This document shows positions 1 through 9,785 of a stretch of DNA of 64,000 bases, in pieces. Position numbers and translations under genes: made by a program. The notes under the pieces were generated by a model that saw nothing but the letters and a program-made list of their open reading frames with translations, was not told where the DNA came from and ran no database searches. Origin of the DNA: an uncultured candidatus Porisulfidus sp. (lineage in GTDB: Bacteria; Pseudomonadota; Gammaproteobacteria; Poriferisulfidales; Poriferisulfidaceae); the NCBI GenBank assembly GCA_963668445.1, contig OY764335.1:1022083-1086082 (forward strand). The letters are read 5' to 3'. The stretch's first letter is position 1, and each line of letters starts with the position of its first letter.

Positions 1-311
1 CGATAGTACGCACCCGCCAGCGGCGCCGCCAGCAGCAGAGTCCCGATGTTCGTGTTGCAGCCGACGACTTCCCAAGTTGCTTCCGCAGCCTTCCGCACCC
101 GCTTCCCCAGCGGCCAGTCAGGATGGCACACAAGTTCGGCCGAGGCTTGGGCGCTCTGGCGGTAGTCGCGGCAGGTCTTGCCATGCCCGTCCGCATGCAG
201 TCCGACATTGCCGGGCTTGAGGGCCTGCACATCCAGCAGGCAAGCGTACAGGAACTGGCGGGACGCGAAGCGCCAAGCCGGCCGGTAGTAGGCGCGCAGA
301 TGGCGGAGCAT
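1..311 (-). CDS. CitG-like triphosphoribosyl-dephospho-CoA synthase family protein (orf7 of H4MPT clusters), truncated by the window edge
   Basis: Manual translation from ATG 311: MLRHLRAYY...LLDVQALKPGNVGLHADGHG...EVVGCNTNIGTLLL. KPGNV and NTNxG motifs are CitG family; position matches orf7 after orf5. Confidence 0.8.
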   Translation of the reverse strand, partial: MLRHLRAYYRPAWRFASRQFLYACLLDVQALKPGNVGLHADGHGKTCRDYRQSAQASAELVCHPDWPLGKRVRKAAEATWEVVGCNTNIGTLLLAAPLAGAYY

Positions 312-323
312 AGAGGCCTCCGT

Positions 324-1220
324 TCAGGATGTCCCGCGGCAATGTTCCAGAAAGCCGGCAATGAGCAGTTCCGCAATCTGCATTTCGCAGACCTGCTGCA
401 GGCCACGCCAAGCCGGAATGCTGTTGATCTCGGTCACCCAGGTCCGCCCCTCCCGGTCGCGCATCAGATCCACGCCGGCATACGGCATGGCCACGGCCCG
501 CGTCGCCCGTTCCGCCAGCTCCGCCAATTCCGGTTCCAGAGCCGCCGGATTGCCGCGCCCGCCGTTCGCAATATTGCTGATCCAGCCTTCGCCCTCCCGG
601 CGCATGGCTGCCGCCGCCTGGCCGCCGACCACCAGCACGCGCCAATCGTAACTGCCGCCTGCATCCGGCTCAATGTATTCTTGCAAGTAGTACACGCCGT
701 GGTACGCGTCGTAGTCTGGATGCGGAGCGTCCCGCGACAGGCGCATCAGACCCTTGCCCTGCGAGCCGAAGATCGGCTTGGCCACGAGATACCGGTGATG
801 TTCCAGCCAATGCTGCGCAAACGTTCGGGCCTGCCGCAGATTCCGTGCGGCGAATGTGCGCGGCGTCGGCACGCCATGGCGGGCGAACAGGAAACTGGCC
901 CGAACCTTGTCCACGCTGCGCTCCACGGCGCCCGCATCGTTGTAGACTCCCACCCCCAATGCTTCAAGCGCATGCAGGATATCCAGATAGAAGACGACTT
1001 CCTCCAAACTTCCGCCCGGAACCTCGCGTACGAACACGCCTGCCGGAAGGCCGTCTTCGAAGCCCGGCATGACCACGTCGGCCGCATCGGCGCCGACTTC
1101 CAAGCGGCAGTCTTGCAGGCGTACGAACCGGCTGTCCAGACCGCGCTTCGCCAGAGCCTGACGCAACTGGGTGCCATGCCATCCCGGCTGATCGGCCACG
1201 ATGGCATAGCGCACGGTCAT
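324..1220 (-). CDS. RimK-family ATP-grasp ligase (orf5; H4MPT:glutamate ligase-like)
   Basis: VAKPIFGSQGKG, YLQEYI, DWRVLVVG, WISNIANGG, EINSIPAW ATP-grasp motifs; ATGA overlap with mch stop. Confidence 0.85.
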   Translation of the reverse strand: MTVRYAIVADQPGWHGTQLRQALAKRGLDSRFVRLQDCRLEVGADAADVVMPGFEDGLPAGVFVREVPGGSLEEVVFYLDILHALEALGVGVYNDAGAVERSVDKVRASFLFARHGVPTPRTFAARNLRQARTFAQHWLEHHRYLVAKPIFGSQGKGLMRLSRDAPHPDYDAYHGVYYLQEYIEPDAGGSYDWRVLVVGGQAAAAMRREGEGWISNIANGGRGNPAALEPELAELAERATRAVAMPYAGVDLMRDREGRTWVTEINSIPAWRGLQQVCEMQIAELLIAGFLEHCRGTS

Positions 1221-2176
1221 TCCTTGAAGGATTGCTCCAGAAGGTCAGAATTGATGGCACCGGAAGCGAACGAGCGCCCAGTCTCGATGTTGTTGACCAG
1301 CACCCTGGCCGGGCTGAACAGCATCGGGTCGACTTTGAAGAAGTCGTACTCGTAGTCCTTGAACACCTGCGCGAACGGCCGGCCGTAGTCGCGGGAGCTG
1401 CTGCTCGGCAGCATGGTAGCCAGACGCTCGGCCTCCTCGTCGCTGGATTTCACAAACAGTTTGATTTGTCCGCCGAACAGGATCGCATCGTTGGTGCGGC
1501 CCATCATCTGCACCAAGTCCGTCTGATTGAGCGGTGGGATTGGAGCGCTGCCGATGCCATCCACGACATGATTTAGGTCGAAGCCCAGTTCGTGCGCCTT
1601 GTGCAGCGCCACTTCCAACACCCGGCCCACGACCTGCACGACTCCGGCCAGACTGGTCGTCGGCGTCAGGATCAGCATCAGATTGGAAGGCTCGACGGCG
1701 CAATCGCTCCAGATTTTCTTGCGTACCGCAAGCGGCGGCACCCGATCAACCTCCATCACCAGTGCCGTCGCAACGTAGGCATCCTTGTAACCGATCTTCT
1801 CGAACAATTCCTCCTTCTGCGCCATGCTGCGGGCCGGGCCGGAGCCCAGCGCGTGGAATTTGCTCGCCGCATCGCCGAGGCTCCAGCCGGCGTATTGGCT
1901 GGCCAGGCAGGCCAGCACCGGATGCTGCGTATGCACATGAATGAGCAGCGGCCAGTCGCCCGAGCCGTCGTACGTCAAGGTCGCCTGCCCCAATCCGCCC
2001 ATGCATATCTCGGCGATCTGACGGCCCGCCTCGATGCCTCCGACCGTTTCGATTCCAGCATCGACAATGCATACGCCCTCTTCGGTTCGGTACTCGTTGA
2101 TGCGAAGATTTCGAGCCTGTTCGGACAGATTGCGCACGAGCGGCTCGACTAGGCGATTGACGCTAATGGGCTGCAT
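1217..2176 (-). CDS. mch: Methenyltetrahydromethanopterin cyclohydrolase
   Basis: DAGIETVGGIEAG, ACLASQYAGW, ALGSGPAR, MGRTNDAILFGG, FFKVDPMLFSPA; start taken at MQPIS (2176). Confidence 0.95.
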   Translation of the reverse strand: MQPISVNRLVEPLVRNLSEQARNLRINEYRTEEGVCIVDAGIETVGGIEAGRQIAEICMGGLGQATLTYDGSGDWPLLIHVHTQHPVLACLASQYAGWSLGDAASKFHALGSGPARSMAQKEELFEKIGYKDAYVATALVMEVDRVPPLAVRKKIWSDCAVEPSNLMLILTPTTSLAGVVQVVGRVLEVALHKAHELGFDLNHVVDGIGSAPIPPLNQTDLVQMMGRTNDAILFGGQIKLFVKSSDEEAERLATMLPSSSSRDYGRPFAQVFKDYEYDFFKVDPMLFSPARVLVNNIETGRSFASGAINSDLLEQSFKE

Positions 2177-3320
2177 GGGAACCCTCCTGCTCCGACATCG
2201 ATGAAGCATGCACGGCGAATCTCGCCAGCACTTGATCGCGCAAGGTGCGCAGCCCCGCGCAAGCAGCGGCGAAATCCGCGTAGCGGCCGCGCACGGTGCA
2301 CAGCGGCTGCCTCACTTCGACTGCGGCCATGCCGTTCGGCTGGTCGGCTGCCGCATCTGGCCATGCAAAATCTGCACCCGCATACGTCAGTCCGGGAGCG
2401 TACACCACGCTCAAGCCGCGTACGCCGTCACCCGCATCAGATGCCGCCAACGCACGCGCCTCCGTCCGGCCCGTCATGCAAACATCCAGATGCGCATGCA
2501 TGTAACCGTGCGCGAACCGATCCTGATGCAGTTCGCAGGTGGCCGTCAATCTTGGATTTAAATCAACTACTTGCATATTATTATTTTGATCTATAATGAA
2601 GTCGATGCCGCAGAGTCCGAGCAGTTCGAGTTCCCGCGCCACAGTTTGAACGATGCATTGTACTTGGTTGAAAGCTTGCGCCGGCAGCCGTACCGGCCCT
2701 ATGGCGCCTCCCCAAGCGTACGGCGAGATTGCGCCTTCCGCCGGCAGCAAGCGGCTAATCCCAACGATCTGCGCCCTGCCGCCGCCCGCGAGAAACAGCA
2801 CCGAATGCGGTTCTCCATTGCAGCGGCGCTGCCAATAATCGCGGTCGGACTTCCCTGCATACGATGCCGCGGCGCACACATGAGCCCCCCCCGAACGCCC
2901 GCGCCGCTTGACCAGCCAATCGGCCGGCCGGCCGGGAGCGACGGGGCTGGTTTCCGGAACAGGCAGGCCCAGTTCCGTCAAGCGTGTCGCCAACCGCACG
3001 CCATCAGCACATAGCCGTACGACTTCCGGGGTGTTGCCCAGTACCTGGAATTGCCATGCCATTCGCGTCAGCAGTTCCGGATGCGCCTCGAAGCCGGAGC
3101 CGTACGCCAGCCTGCCGCGTGCATGGCTGCACCCTTCCGCGGCCCCTAGAACCTGCTCCGTGAACTGCCCTTCTTCCAGCGGCACCCGTATGCTTTCGTC
3201 CGCTTCAAGGTCTGCGTCCGCAAAGCCGTCGATTGCGACGACCGGGCGACCCAATGACCGGGCCGCATGCGCATGGGCACGCGCCGAAGCCGACAGCAGC
3301 AGCAGCGCGTCGCTACTCAC
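2163..3320 (-). CDS. ATP-grasp protein OrfY of the H4MPT cluster
   Basis: SARAHA..., AIDGFADAD, YGSGFE, WLVKRRGRSGG, GIDFI..DLNPRLTAT; lies between mtdB and mch; GTG start at 3320 overlaps mtdB stop. Confidence 0.8.
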   Translation of the reverse strand: MSSDALLLLSASARAHAHAARSLGRPVVAIDGFADADLEADESIRVPLEEGQFTEQVLGAAEGCSHARGRLAYGSGFEAHPELLTRMAWQFQVLGNTPEVVRLCADGVRLATRLTELGLPVPETSPVAPGRPADWLVKRRGRSGGAHVCAAASYAGKSDRDYWQRRCNGEPHSVLFLAGGGRAQIVGISRLLPAEGAISPYAWGGAIGPVRLPAQAFNQVQCIVQTVARELELLGLCGIDFIIDQNNNMQVVDLNPRLTATCELHQDRFAHGYMHAHLDVCMTGRTEARALAASDAGDGVRGLSVVYAPGLTYAGADFAWPDAAADQPNGMAAVEVRQPLCTVRGRYADFAAACAGLRTLRDQVLARFAVHASSMSEQEGSHAAH

Positions 3321-4212
3321 CGGCGCACTGGCGCGCCACTTCGAAGGCATGCTCGAAATGGTAATAGACCGGCTGGTCGGAATCCCGCATCTGCTTCAAG
3401 AGCCGATGCTGGGTCTGGTATTTGACGTTGCCGATGGCCAGCGCCCCAATGCCGACCGCGCCGCTGCCAGAATCGGAGATCGGCTTCGCATCGTCCATGA
3501 CGTCTAATCCATGGATGCCCGACGGCGGTACGGCATTGACGTCGGCGGCGACTTTCAGCTGGGATGCTCCCGAAATCTGCTCCTTCGACATCAGCTGAAT
3601 GCCGGCTGCGGCCGACGCGAAGATCACATCCGTCTCCCCAAGAAGCGCGTCCAACTGGTCGTTGGCTTCGCCATCAATGGCCGGATCCGCCCCGTACTTC
3701 TCGGTGCACAAGTCCGCCGTCTGATCGCATTTTTCCTTCTTCCGCCCCAAAATAGTGACGCGGGCACCGGCATTGGCAGCGATGACCGCCGCTGCGGAAC
3801 CGACCGGCCCGGTGCCGCCCAGCGCCACGATGCGCTGCCCCGAAAGTTCTGCGTTATGCGCGTCGCACAAGGCCTTCTCCACCTTAGCCACCATGGCCGC
3901 CGCCGTCGTGAAGGCACCGCTGGGATCGGCGAATGCCGAGACCACGAAAGGCGGCACCATGGACTGCTGGCAGACTTCCAGCATCTCCATGGCCTGATGC
4001 ATGTCGCGCCCGCCAATGAACAGGCCTGTACGTTTCACGCCGTTAGGCCCTCGCGAGAAAATGGCGTCTTCCACCAGCCCTTTCGTATCTTCGGTCTCGA
4101 TCTGGATGTAGGGGATGCACGCATCCCAGCCTGCGTCGTACGCCATGTTGGCATCAAACGGGCTTAGGTTCTTCGCCGAAGTGAACATATGCAAAAGGTA
4201 TTTTCTTTCCAT
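3313..4212 (-). CDS. mtdB: NAD(P)-dependent methylene-H4MPT dehydrogenase
   Basis: SPFDANMAYDAG, DAIFSRGP, FIGGRD, ADPSGAFTTAAA, GGTGPVG, DVNAVPPSGI, GALAIGNVKY. Confidence 0.93.
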   Translation of the reverse strand: MERKYLLHMFTSAKNLSPFDANMAYDAGWDACIPYIQIETEDTKGLVEDAIFSRGPNGVKRTGLFIGGRDMHQAMEMLEVCQQSMVPPFVVSAFADPSGAFTTAAAMVAKVEKALCDAHNAELSGQRIVALGGTGPVGSAAAVIAANAGARVTILGRKKEKCDQTADLCTEKYGADPAIDGEANDQLDALLGETDVIFASAAAGIQLMSKEQISGASQLKVAADVNAVPPSGIHGLDVMDDAKPISDSGSGAVGIGALAIGNVKYQTQHRLLKQMRDSDQPVYYHFEHAFEVARQCAGE

Positions 4213-4246
4213 GGGTTTTCCTTAGTTGTTGCCGTATGGTGAATGA

Positions 4247-5242
4247 TCAAGAGGCTTGCCGCTGCAACACGGCTGCTTCCGCCACCCCGTCAGAGGTGAG
4301 TCGATGCCCGTGCCCGGAAGCACGGACAATGTGCGCCGTGACATCCGGCCCCACGGGCTGCAGCTTCCGCAGCAGCGCATGCGCTTGCGTCTCGCTGTCG
4401 GCCAGCACGAAGCCGGTCGGTCCCCAAGAGCTTTGCCCGAGCCCTTCAAAGCCCAATTGCGCAGATTTCTTCAACAGGCGCGCAATGGTCGGATGGGTGA
4501 ATCGCCCGCCTTGCGCCGGCGCGAAATGGTCGCCGACCCGCCATTGGAGTTCGCCGATGCCGCGCGAAAATTCCGGAAAATCCGATTCCAGAAGCGCCGG
4601 CAAAATGCGCATCAAGGTTAGCCGGCACAGATGCGCTGCTTCCGTTGCCGGGAAGTCGGGAAGTTCATTGAAGGCCGTCCGCTCGATTTCGCCGGAGAGA
4701 CCTTCCTCGCCATGTCGCCCCAAGAACAGCACGATGCGCCAATGCTCAGGGAAAGGATGCCGAGCAATAATCTTCGGAAGCTGCGTCCCGTCGCCGCGTC
4801 CGCCGTCGACCAGGAAGCCGCCCTGCTCGAAAGTGCCGACGCCGATGCCGGAACGGGTGCCGCGACCCAGAAGCGCAGCGATTTCATATAGGCCGACATC
4901 CCACTCGAACAGATGCCGAAGGGCTGCTCCGACCGCCAACGCCAATTGCGTACCGGAACCAAGCCCGGCATGGCGCGGGATGGCCTCATGCAAGCGAATG
5001 CGTACGGCACCGGAAGTGCCGAACGCATCCAGAAGCCGTTGCGCGTATTGGCACGCCCGTTCCGAATCCGGGCCTTCCGCGGTGCATATCGCGCTGGGTG
5101 CGCACTCTACCTGCGTTCGAATCGTGTCGAGCGCAATGCCGACCCCGCCGAAGCGCCGCCCCAAGCCGCCGTGCAGGTCCAAAAAGCCTAGATGCAGGCG
5201 GCCTGATGCTGTGACGTGGACGATCTTTTCTACCATAGCCAT
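4247..5242 (-). CDS. mptG: Beta-ribofuranosylaminobenzene 5'-phosphate (beta-RFAP) synthase, GHMP family
   Basis: RLHLGFLDL, FGGVGIAL, IPRHAGLGSGTQLALA, GRGTRSGIG, GGFLVDGG, GQSSWGPT. Confidence 0.92.
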   Translation of the reverse strand: MAMVEKIVHVTASGRLHLGFLDLHGGLGRRFGGVGIALDTIRTQVECAPSAICTAEGPDSERACQYAQRLLDAFGTSGAVRIRLHEAIPRHAGLGSGTQLALAVGAALRHLFEWDVGLYEIAALLGRGTRSGIGVGTFEQGGFLVDGGRGDGTQLPKIIARHPFPEHWRIVLFLGRHGEEGLSGEIERTAFNELPDFPATEAAHLCRLTLMRILPALLESDFPEFSRGIGELQWRVGDHFAPAQGGRFTHPTIARLLKKSAQLGFEGLGQSSWGPTGFVLADSETQAHALLRKLQPVGPDVTAHIVRASGHGHRLTSDGVAEAAVLQRQAS

Positions 5243-5391
5243 CTGGCGGCGATGCCGCCGCCCTGCTGTGCCTGCACCGAAAAGTCAGCGTGTAAAGCCA
5301 TTTCAGGTCGTTCCGCGCAGGCGGAATGTAGAATTATGGTACCACATCCGTCGCCTCAGCCTCTGCTGCTGCGCAATTTCTCCCGGGCGAT

Positions 5392-8300
5392 TCACGCCAC
5401 CCACGCCCGAGCATTTAGGAATAGGCGCGCCCAAGGTCCCGCATCACTCCATTCCGTCGGATGCCAGGAGTGTTGAATCGCACGGAACGCGCGCTCCGGA
5501 TGCGGCATCATGATCGTAACGCGCCCATCCTCGTTCGCGAGTGCCGTCAGGCCGCCAGCCGAACCGTTCGGATTAGCGGGATACGCCTCCGTCGCCATGC
5601 CGCCGGCATCCACAAAGCGCATGCATGCGATCTTTTCCAACGCTTCCGGATCGCATTGCGGGTCGATCCGGCCTTCTCCGTGCGCGACTATGATCGGCAT
5701 GCAGCTGCCCTCCATCCCCTGCAGCAGGATGGACGGCGATCCCAGCACTTCGACTTGACTGAGCCGGGCTTCGAATTGCCCGCTCAGATTCGGCACGAAG
5801 CGCGGCCAATGCGCTGCACCGGGAATGATGCCTTTCAATTGGGACAACATTTGGCAGCCATTGCAAACTCCGAGAACGAACACTTCCTGGCGTTCAAAGA
5901 ATTTATGAAATATATCTCTCAAATTATTATGATACAAGATGTTTTTAGCCCAACCTCCGCCCGCTCCGAGCACATCCCCGTACGAAAAGCCGCCGCATGC
6001 GGCCAAACCTGCGACTCCGTCCAGAAGGTTCGGTTCGTCCTGAAGGTCATTCATGCATACATCGCGGCATGCAAATCCGGCATGGGAAAACGCCGCCGCC
6101 ATTTCGACTTGGCCATTGATGCCCTGCTCGCGCAAAATCGCCACCACCGGCTCTGCACCCGTCTGAATGTACGGCGCAGCCGGATTTTGCGTCAAATCGT
6201 ACGACAGTTGCGCAAACAAGGGCGAGGAACCCCATTCCTGCCCGTATTCGTATTCGCTTCGGGCACATGCTTCATGATCCCGACGCCGAGCGATTTCGTA
6301 ACTGGTTCGGCTCCATAGCTGATGCAACTCAAGCAGCGACCAATCCCGCATGACCTCCCCCGCGCAGCGCAGCCTGAGTTCCGGTTCCTGCATCACCGTA
6401 CCCACGCGGTCGCACTTCAGCCCGGCTTTCTGAAAACGTTCGATAATCGCGTCGGCCTGCGCGCTGCGAACCTGCAGGACTGCGCCCGGCTCCTCGTTGA
6501 ACAGGTAGTTCAACGCATCCTGTGACGCAATCGGCACATCCAGCTCCAAACCGAGCCGGCCGGCAAAAGCGCATTCGCACAAGCATGCCAAAGCCCCGCC
6601 GTCGGAGCGGTCGTGATATGCCAAGAGCTCCTCTCCATCCAGAAGGGTCTGCATCAAGTCGAAAAATGCCGCCAACTGCGCCGGGTCATCCACATCCGGC
6701 GTATCCGAGCCCGTCCGCCCGAAGGTCTGCGCAAGTGCAGAACCACCGAGGCGCCACTTCCCATTCAAACTTGCCAATAGCAGTTCCGAATCGGGTACAT
6801 TCTGCAACTGCGGCGTGACATGCCGCCGCACATCGTCCACGGGCGCGAATGCGGAGACGACCAGCGAAACGGGCGATGCAACCCGACCGCCATCCCAAGT
6901 CGCCTGCATGGACAGCGAATCCTTGCCGACCGGGACCGCAATCCCCAACTGCGGGCACAATTCCATGCCGACCGCTTGCACGGCCGCATACAAGTTGCAA
7001 AGCGATTCCGCCGAGGACCCGTCGGCCATCCAGTTCGCCGACAAGCGGACCTGCCGGCGTCCACGCACACGTACGCCGGCGAGGTTGGTCAATGCCTCCG
7101 CCACGGCCATGCGGGCGGAAGCCGCCGGACGATGGATGGCGAGCAACGGCCGCTCTCCCATCGCCATCGCCTCACCGGAAAACCCCGTAAAACTGCTGGC
7201 CGTCACGGCCACATCCGCCACCGGAACCTGCCATGGGCCGACCATCTGGTCGCGCACGGTAAGGCCGCCGACGGAACGGTCCCCAATCGTGACCAGAAAG
7301 GATTTCGAACCGACGCCCGGAAGCGCAAGCACCCGTTCCACCGCCTCATCGAGCGTCATGCCCGATGTATTGAGCGGCGATTCCAGCAGCTCGGATGATG
7401 CCACTTCAAGATGCATGCGGGATGACTCGCCGAACAGCAGCGGCAACGGCACATCAACCGGCGTTTCCTTCAGCAGACGGTCCGTCACTCGCAATCGTCC
7501 GTCCGCCGTCGCATGTCCGACCACCGCGAACGGGCTGCGTTCCCGTTGGCACAATGCCAAGAACTCGCCCAGCGCCTCGCTTCGAAGCGCCAGCACGTAG
7601 CGTTCCTGGGACTCGTTGCACCATATCTCCCGCGGCGACATGCCGCTTTCCGCGCACGGGATGTCGCGCAACTCCAGCACAGCTCCGCCCGGATCCCCAT
7701 CCACCAATTCCGGAATGGCATTGGACAGACCGCCGGCGCCGACATCGTGGACGGAGAGGATCGGATTATCATCGCCTCGTGCCACGCATTGCTCGATGAC
7801 CTCCTGGGCGCGACGTTGCATTTCGGGGTTGCTGCGCTGCACCGAAGCGAAATCCAAGCCTTCCTCGCCCGCCCCCGTATGCTGCGACGACGACGCGCCG
7901 CCGCCCAGTCCGATCAGCATGGCCGGCCCTCCAAGCACCGCAATGGGCGCACCTTCCGGAATGCGGCTTTTCTGTATGTGGCGCGCCCGGATGCTGCCCA
8001 TGCCGCCGGCCACCATGATCGGCTTGTGGTAACCGAACGCCTGCCGTCCCGAAGCCGCATCCGCTTCGATTTCCAAAGTCCGGAAATAGCCGGCCAGGCA
8101 TGGCCGACCGAACTCGTTGTTGAACGAGGCGGTGCCGACCGGACCCTCGATCATGATTTCCAGCGGCGATGCCATGCGTGGCGGATGCGCCTGTTCGGGG
8201 TTCTCCCACGGCTGCGGCCAATCGTCGAAGTTCAGGTTGGAAACGGTGAAGCCGCACAGACCTGCTTTCGGGCGTCCGCCGCGACCGCACGCCGTCTCAT

Positions 8301-9240
8301 CGCGGATTTCGCCGCCGCTGCCGGTCGCCGCCCCCGGAAACGGCGAAATGCCGGTCGGGTGGTTGTGAGTCTCCACCTTGATGACGATCCCGTATTCATC
8401 CTCGACCGGCTGCCAAAAACGATCTTTCGGGTCGGCTTCCAAACGTGCATAGCGGCCCGCAGCAAGCACTGCGGCGTTGTCCCGATAGGCCGACAGCACA
8501 CCGTCCGGGGATGCGGCATGAGTGTTTCGAATCATCGCAAACAAGCTGTGCTCGGCCGGCCGGCCGTCGATCGTCCAGCACCCATTGAATATCTTGTGGC
8601 GGCAATGCTCCGAATTGACTTGGGCGAACATCATCAGTTCGGCATCGGTCGGCGCCCTGCCCAGCGGCGCATAGGCGCGCAGCAGATATTCGATATCCGC
8701 GTCGGACAAAGCCAGCCCGTACCGCATGTTCGCCGCCTGCAAGGCTACGACTCCATCCGGTTCGAAATCGATGCAGGCCAAAGGTGCCGGCTTCGGATGC
8801 CGGAACAAGTCCTCAAGGCGGCCTGGGTCGGAAAGCACCGACTCGGTCATCCGGTCGTGCAGCATCGAAGCCAGTTCCGGGGATATCCGGTCCGCGCCTT
8901 GAAGGAAGTATTCGATGCCCCGCTCCAGCCGCAGAATGCGCGTCAGACCGCACAGGTGGACGATTTCCGTCGCCTTGCTCGACCACGGCGAAATCGTGCC
9001 GAACCGCGGCACGACCATGACAGGCAATCCGGGGAGAACATCCTTGCATGCTGGCGCGTAATCTAGCAATTTCGCGAGCAAGGTCTCTTCCTCTGGCTCC
9101 AGCATTTGCTCGCACTCGGCAAAATGCAGGAATCTGGCGCCCGTCACGAACCCTAGGCCATCCGCATGCAGCCGCGCATTGAGCCTGTGCCGCGCATGAT
9201 CGGACAGCGCCTCGCCGCCGAAATAGGTGTGAATGGGCAT
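5392..9240 (-). CDS. purL: Phosphoribosylformylglycinamidine synthase (large single-chain type)
   Basis: PRFGTISPWSSKAT, AQVNSEHCRHKIFN, KVETHNHPT, GVCNGCQML and MMPHPER catalytic motifs; start at MPIHTY (9240). Confidence 0.97.
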   Translation of the reverse strand: MPIHTYFGGEALSDHARHRLNARLHADGLGFVTGARFLHFAECEQMLEPEEETLLAKLLDYAPACKDVLPGLPVMVVPRFGTISPWSSKATEIVHLCGLTRILRLERGIEYFLQGADRISPELASMLHDRMTESVLSDPGRLEDLFRHPKPAPLACIDFEPDGVVALQAANMRYGLALSDADIEYLLRAYAPLGRAPTDAELMMFAQVNSEHCRHKIFNGCWTIDGRPAEHSLFAMIRNTHAASPDGVLSAYRDNAAVLAAGRYARLEADPKDRFWQPVEDEYGIVIKVETHNHPTGISPFPGAATGSGGEIRDETACGRGGRPKAGLCGFTVSNLNFDDWPQPWENPEQAHPPRMASPLEIMIEGPVGTASFNNEFGRPCLAGYFRTLEIEADAASGRQAFGYHKPIMVAGGMGSIRARHIQKSRIPEGAPIAVLGGPAMLIGLGGGASSSQHTGAGEEGLDFASVQRSNPEMQRRAQEVIEQCVARGDDNPILSVHDVGAGGLSNAIPELVDGDPGGAVLELRDIPCAESGMSPREIWCNESQERYVLALRSEALGEFLALCQRERSPFAVVGHATADGRLRVTDRLLKETPVDVPLPLLFGESSRMHLEVASSELLESPLNTSGMTLDEAVERVLALPGVGSKSFLVTIGDRSVGGLTVRDQMVGPWQVPVADVAVTASSFTGFSGEAMAMGERPLLAIHRPAASARMAVAEALTNLAGVRVRGRRQVRLSANWMADGSSAESLCNLYAAVQAVGMELCPQLGIAVPVGKDSLSMQATWDGGRVASPVSLVVSAFAPVDDVRRHVTPQLQNVPDSELLLASLNGKWRLGGSALAQTFGRTGSDTPDVDDPAQLAAFFDLMQTLLDGEELLAYHDRSDGGALACLCECAFAGRLGLELDVPIASQDALNYLFNEEPGAVLQVRSAQADAIIERFQKAGLKCDRVGTVMQEPELRLRCAGEVMRDWSLLELHQLWSRTSYEIARRRDHEACARSEYEYGQEWGSSPLFAQLSYDLTQNPAAPYIQTGAEPVVAILREQGINGQVEMAAAFSHAGFACRDVCMNDLQDEPNLLDGVAGLAACGGFSYGDVLGAGGGWAKNILYHNNLRDIFHKFFERQEVFVLGVCNGCQMLSQLKGIIPGAAHWPRFVPNLSGQFEARLSQVEVLGSPSILLQGMEGSCMPIIVAHGEGRIDPQCDPEALEKIACMRFVDAGGMATEAYPANPNGSAGGLTALANEDGRVTIMMPHPERAFRAIQHSWHPTEWSDAGPWARLFLNARAWVA

Positions 9241-9362
9241 GAATCCGGTCTGAATGCCAAAGCCTGAGGCGCATGATAGCAAGGTCTTCGAGGCACGGGC
9301 CTCATCTGCACGATGCTGCGCAGCATATCTCGGGATGCCGACGACCGGCCGCGTGGCGACGA

Positions 9363-9680
9363 TTAGTGCCGCAATTCGGCCTTACTTTCGCCGATGCTCA
9401 GAATCGCCCACGTCTCATAACCGTTGCCCCATTCCATGTTGGCGTACGGATGGATGCCGGCCAGATCGGTCTCCAACTTGCCCGAATCGCCGCCCAGCCT
9501 CTCTTCGACCTCGTAATCCGAGCGACCGCGGCTGTGCGATATTGCCACGCCAGCCACCCAGCGACCGTCGATGCGCCCACCCGGCGCGGTTCCCGACGTT
9601 GCGACGCTCTCCGGCTTCGGTCGCTCCGCTCCCTGCGCTGGAGAGCGGGCTGCGGCCCGGTGCCGTCGCCCACCCCTCAG
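9363..9680 (-). pseudogene. Frameshifted, prematurely terminated fragment of an autotransporter-type beta-barrel gene
   Basis: Frame A ...EAGERRNVGNRAGW joins frame B IDGRWVAGVAISHSRGRSDY...GKLETDLAGIHPYANMEWGNGYETWAILSIGESKAEL*, with alternating beta-strand pattern; no usable start, TAA at 9363. Confidence 0.55.
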
Positions 9681-9785
9681 TCCTGCTAAACTTGTTGAGC
9701 TTGCAATTTGAATCCGGGCAGGTTGAATCCGGAGTCAAAGGTTTTCGGAGGGCTCGCGGAGGCTCCGCTGTCCCTGAAAATGCGT

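Noticed and set aside
5337-5344. TGGTACCA palindrome near the putative mptG promoter
   Set aside because: 8 bp is too short to separate from chance.
7513-9066. 517-aa plus-strand ORF (also 14003-16012, 24994-26376, 26389-27918, 32601-34508, 53222-55558)
   Set aside because: Antisense shadows of well-supported genes (purL, leuA, guaA, guaB, tyrS, msbA); expected at high GC; no motifs.
9708-9732. TTGAATCCGG direct repeat, 15-bp period, upstream of ssrA
   Set aside because: Only two short copies, off helical phase, no recognised motif.
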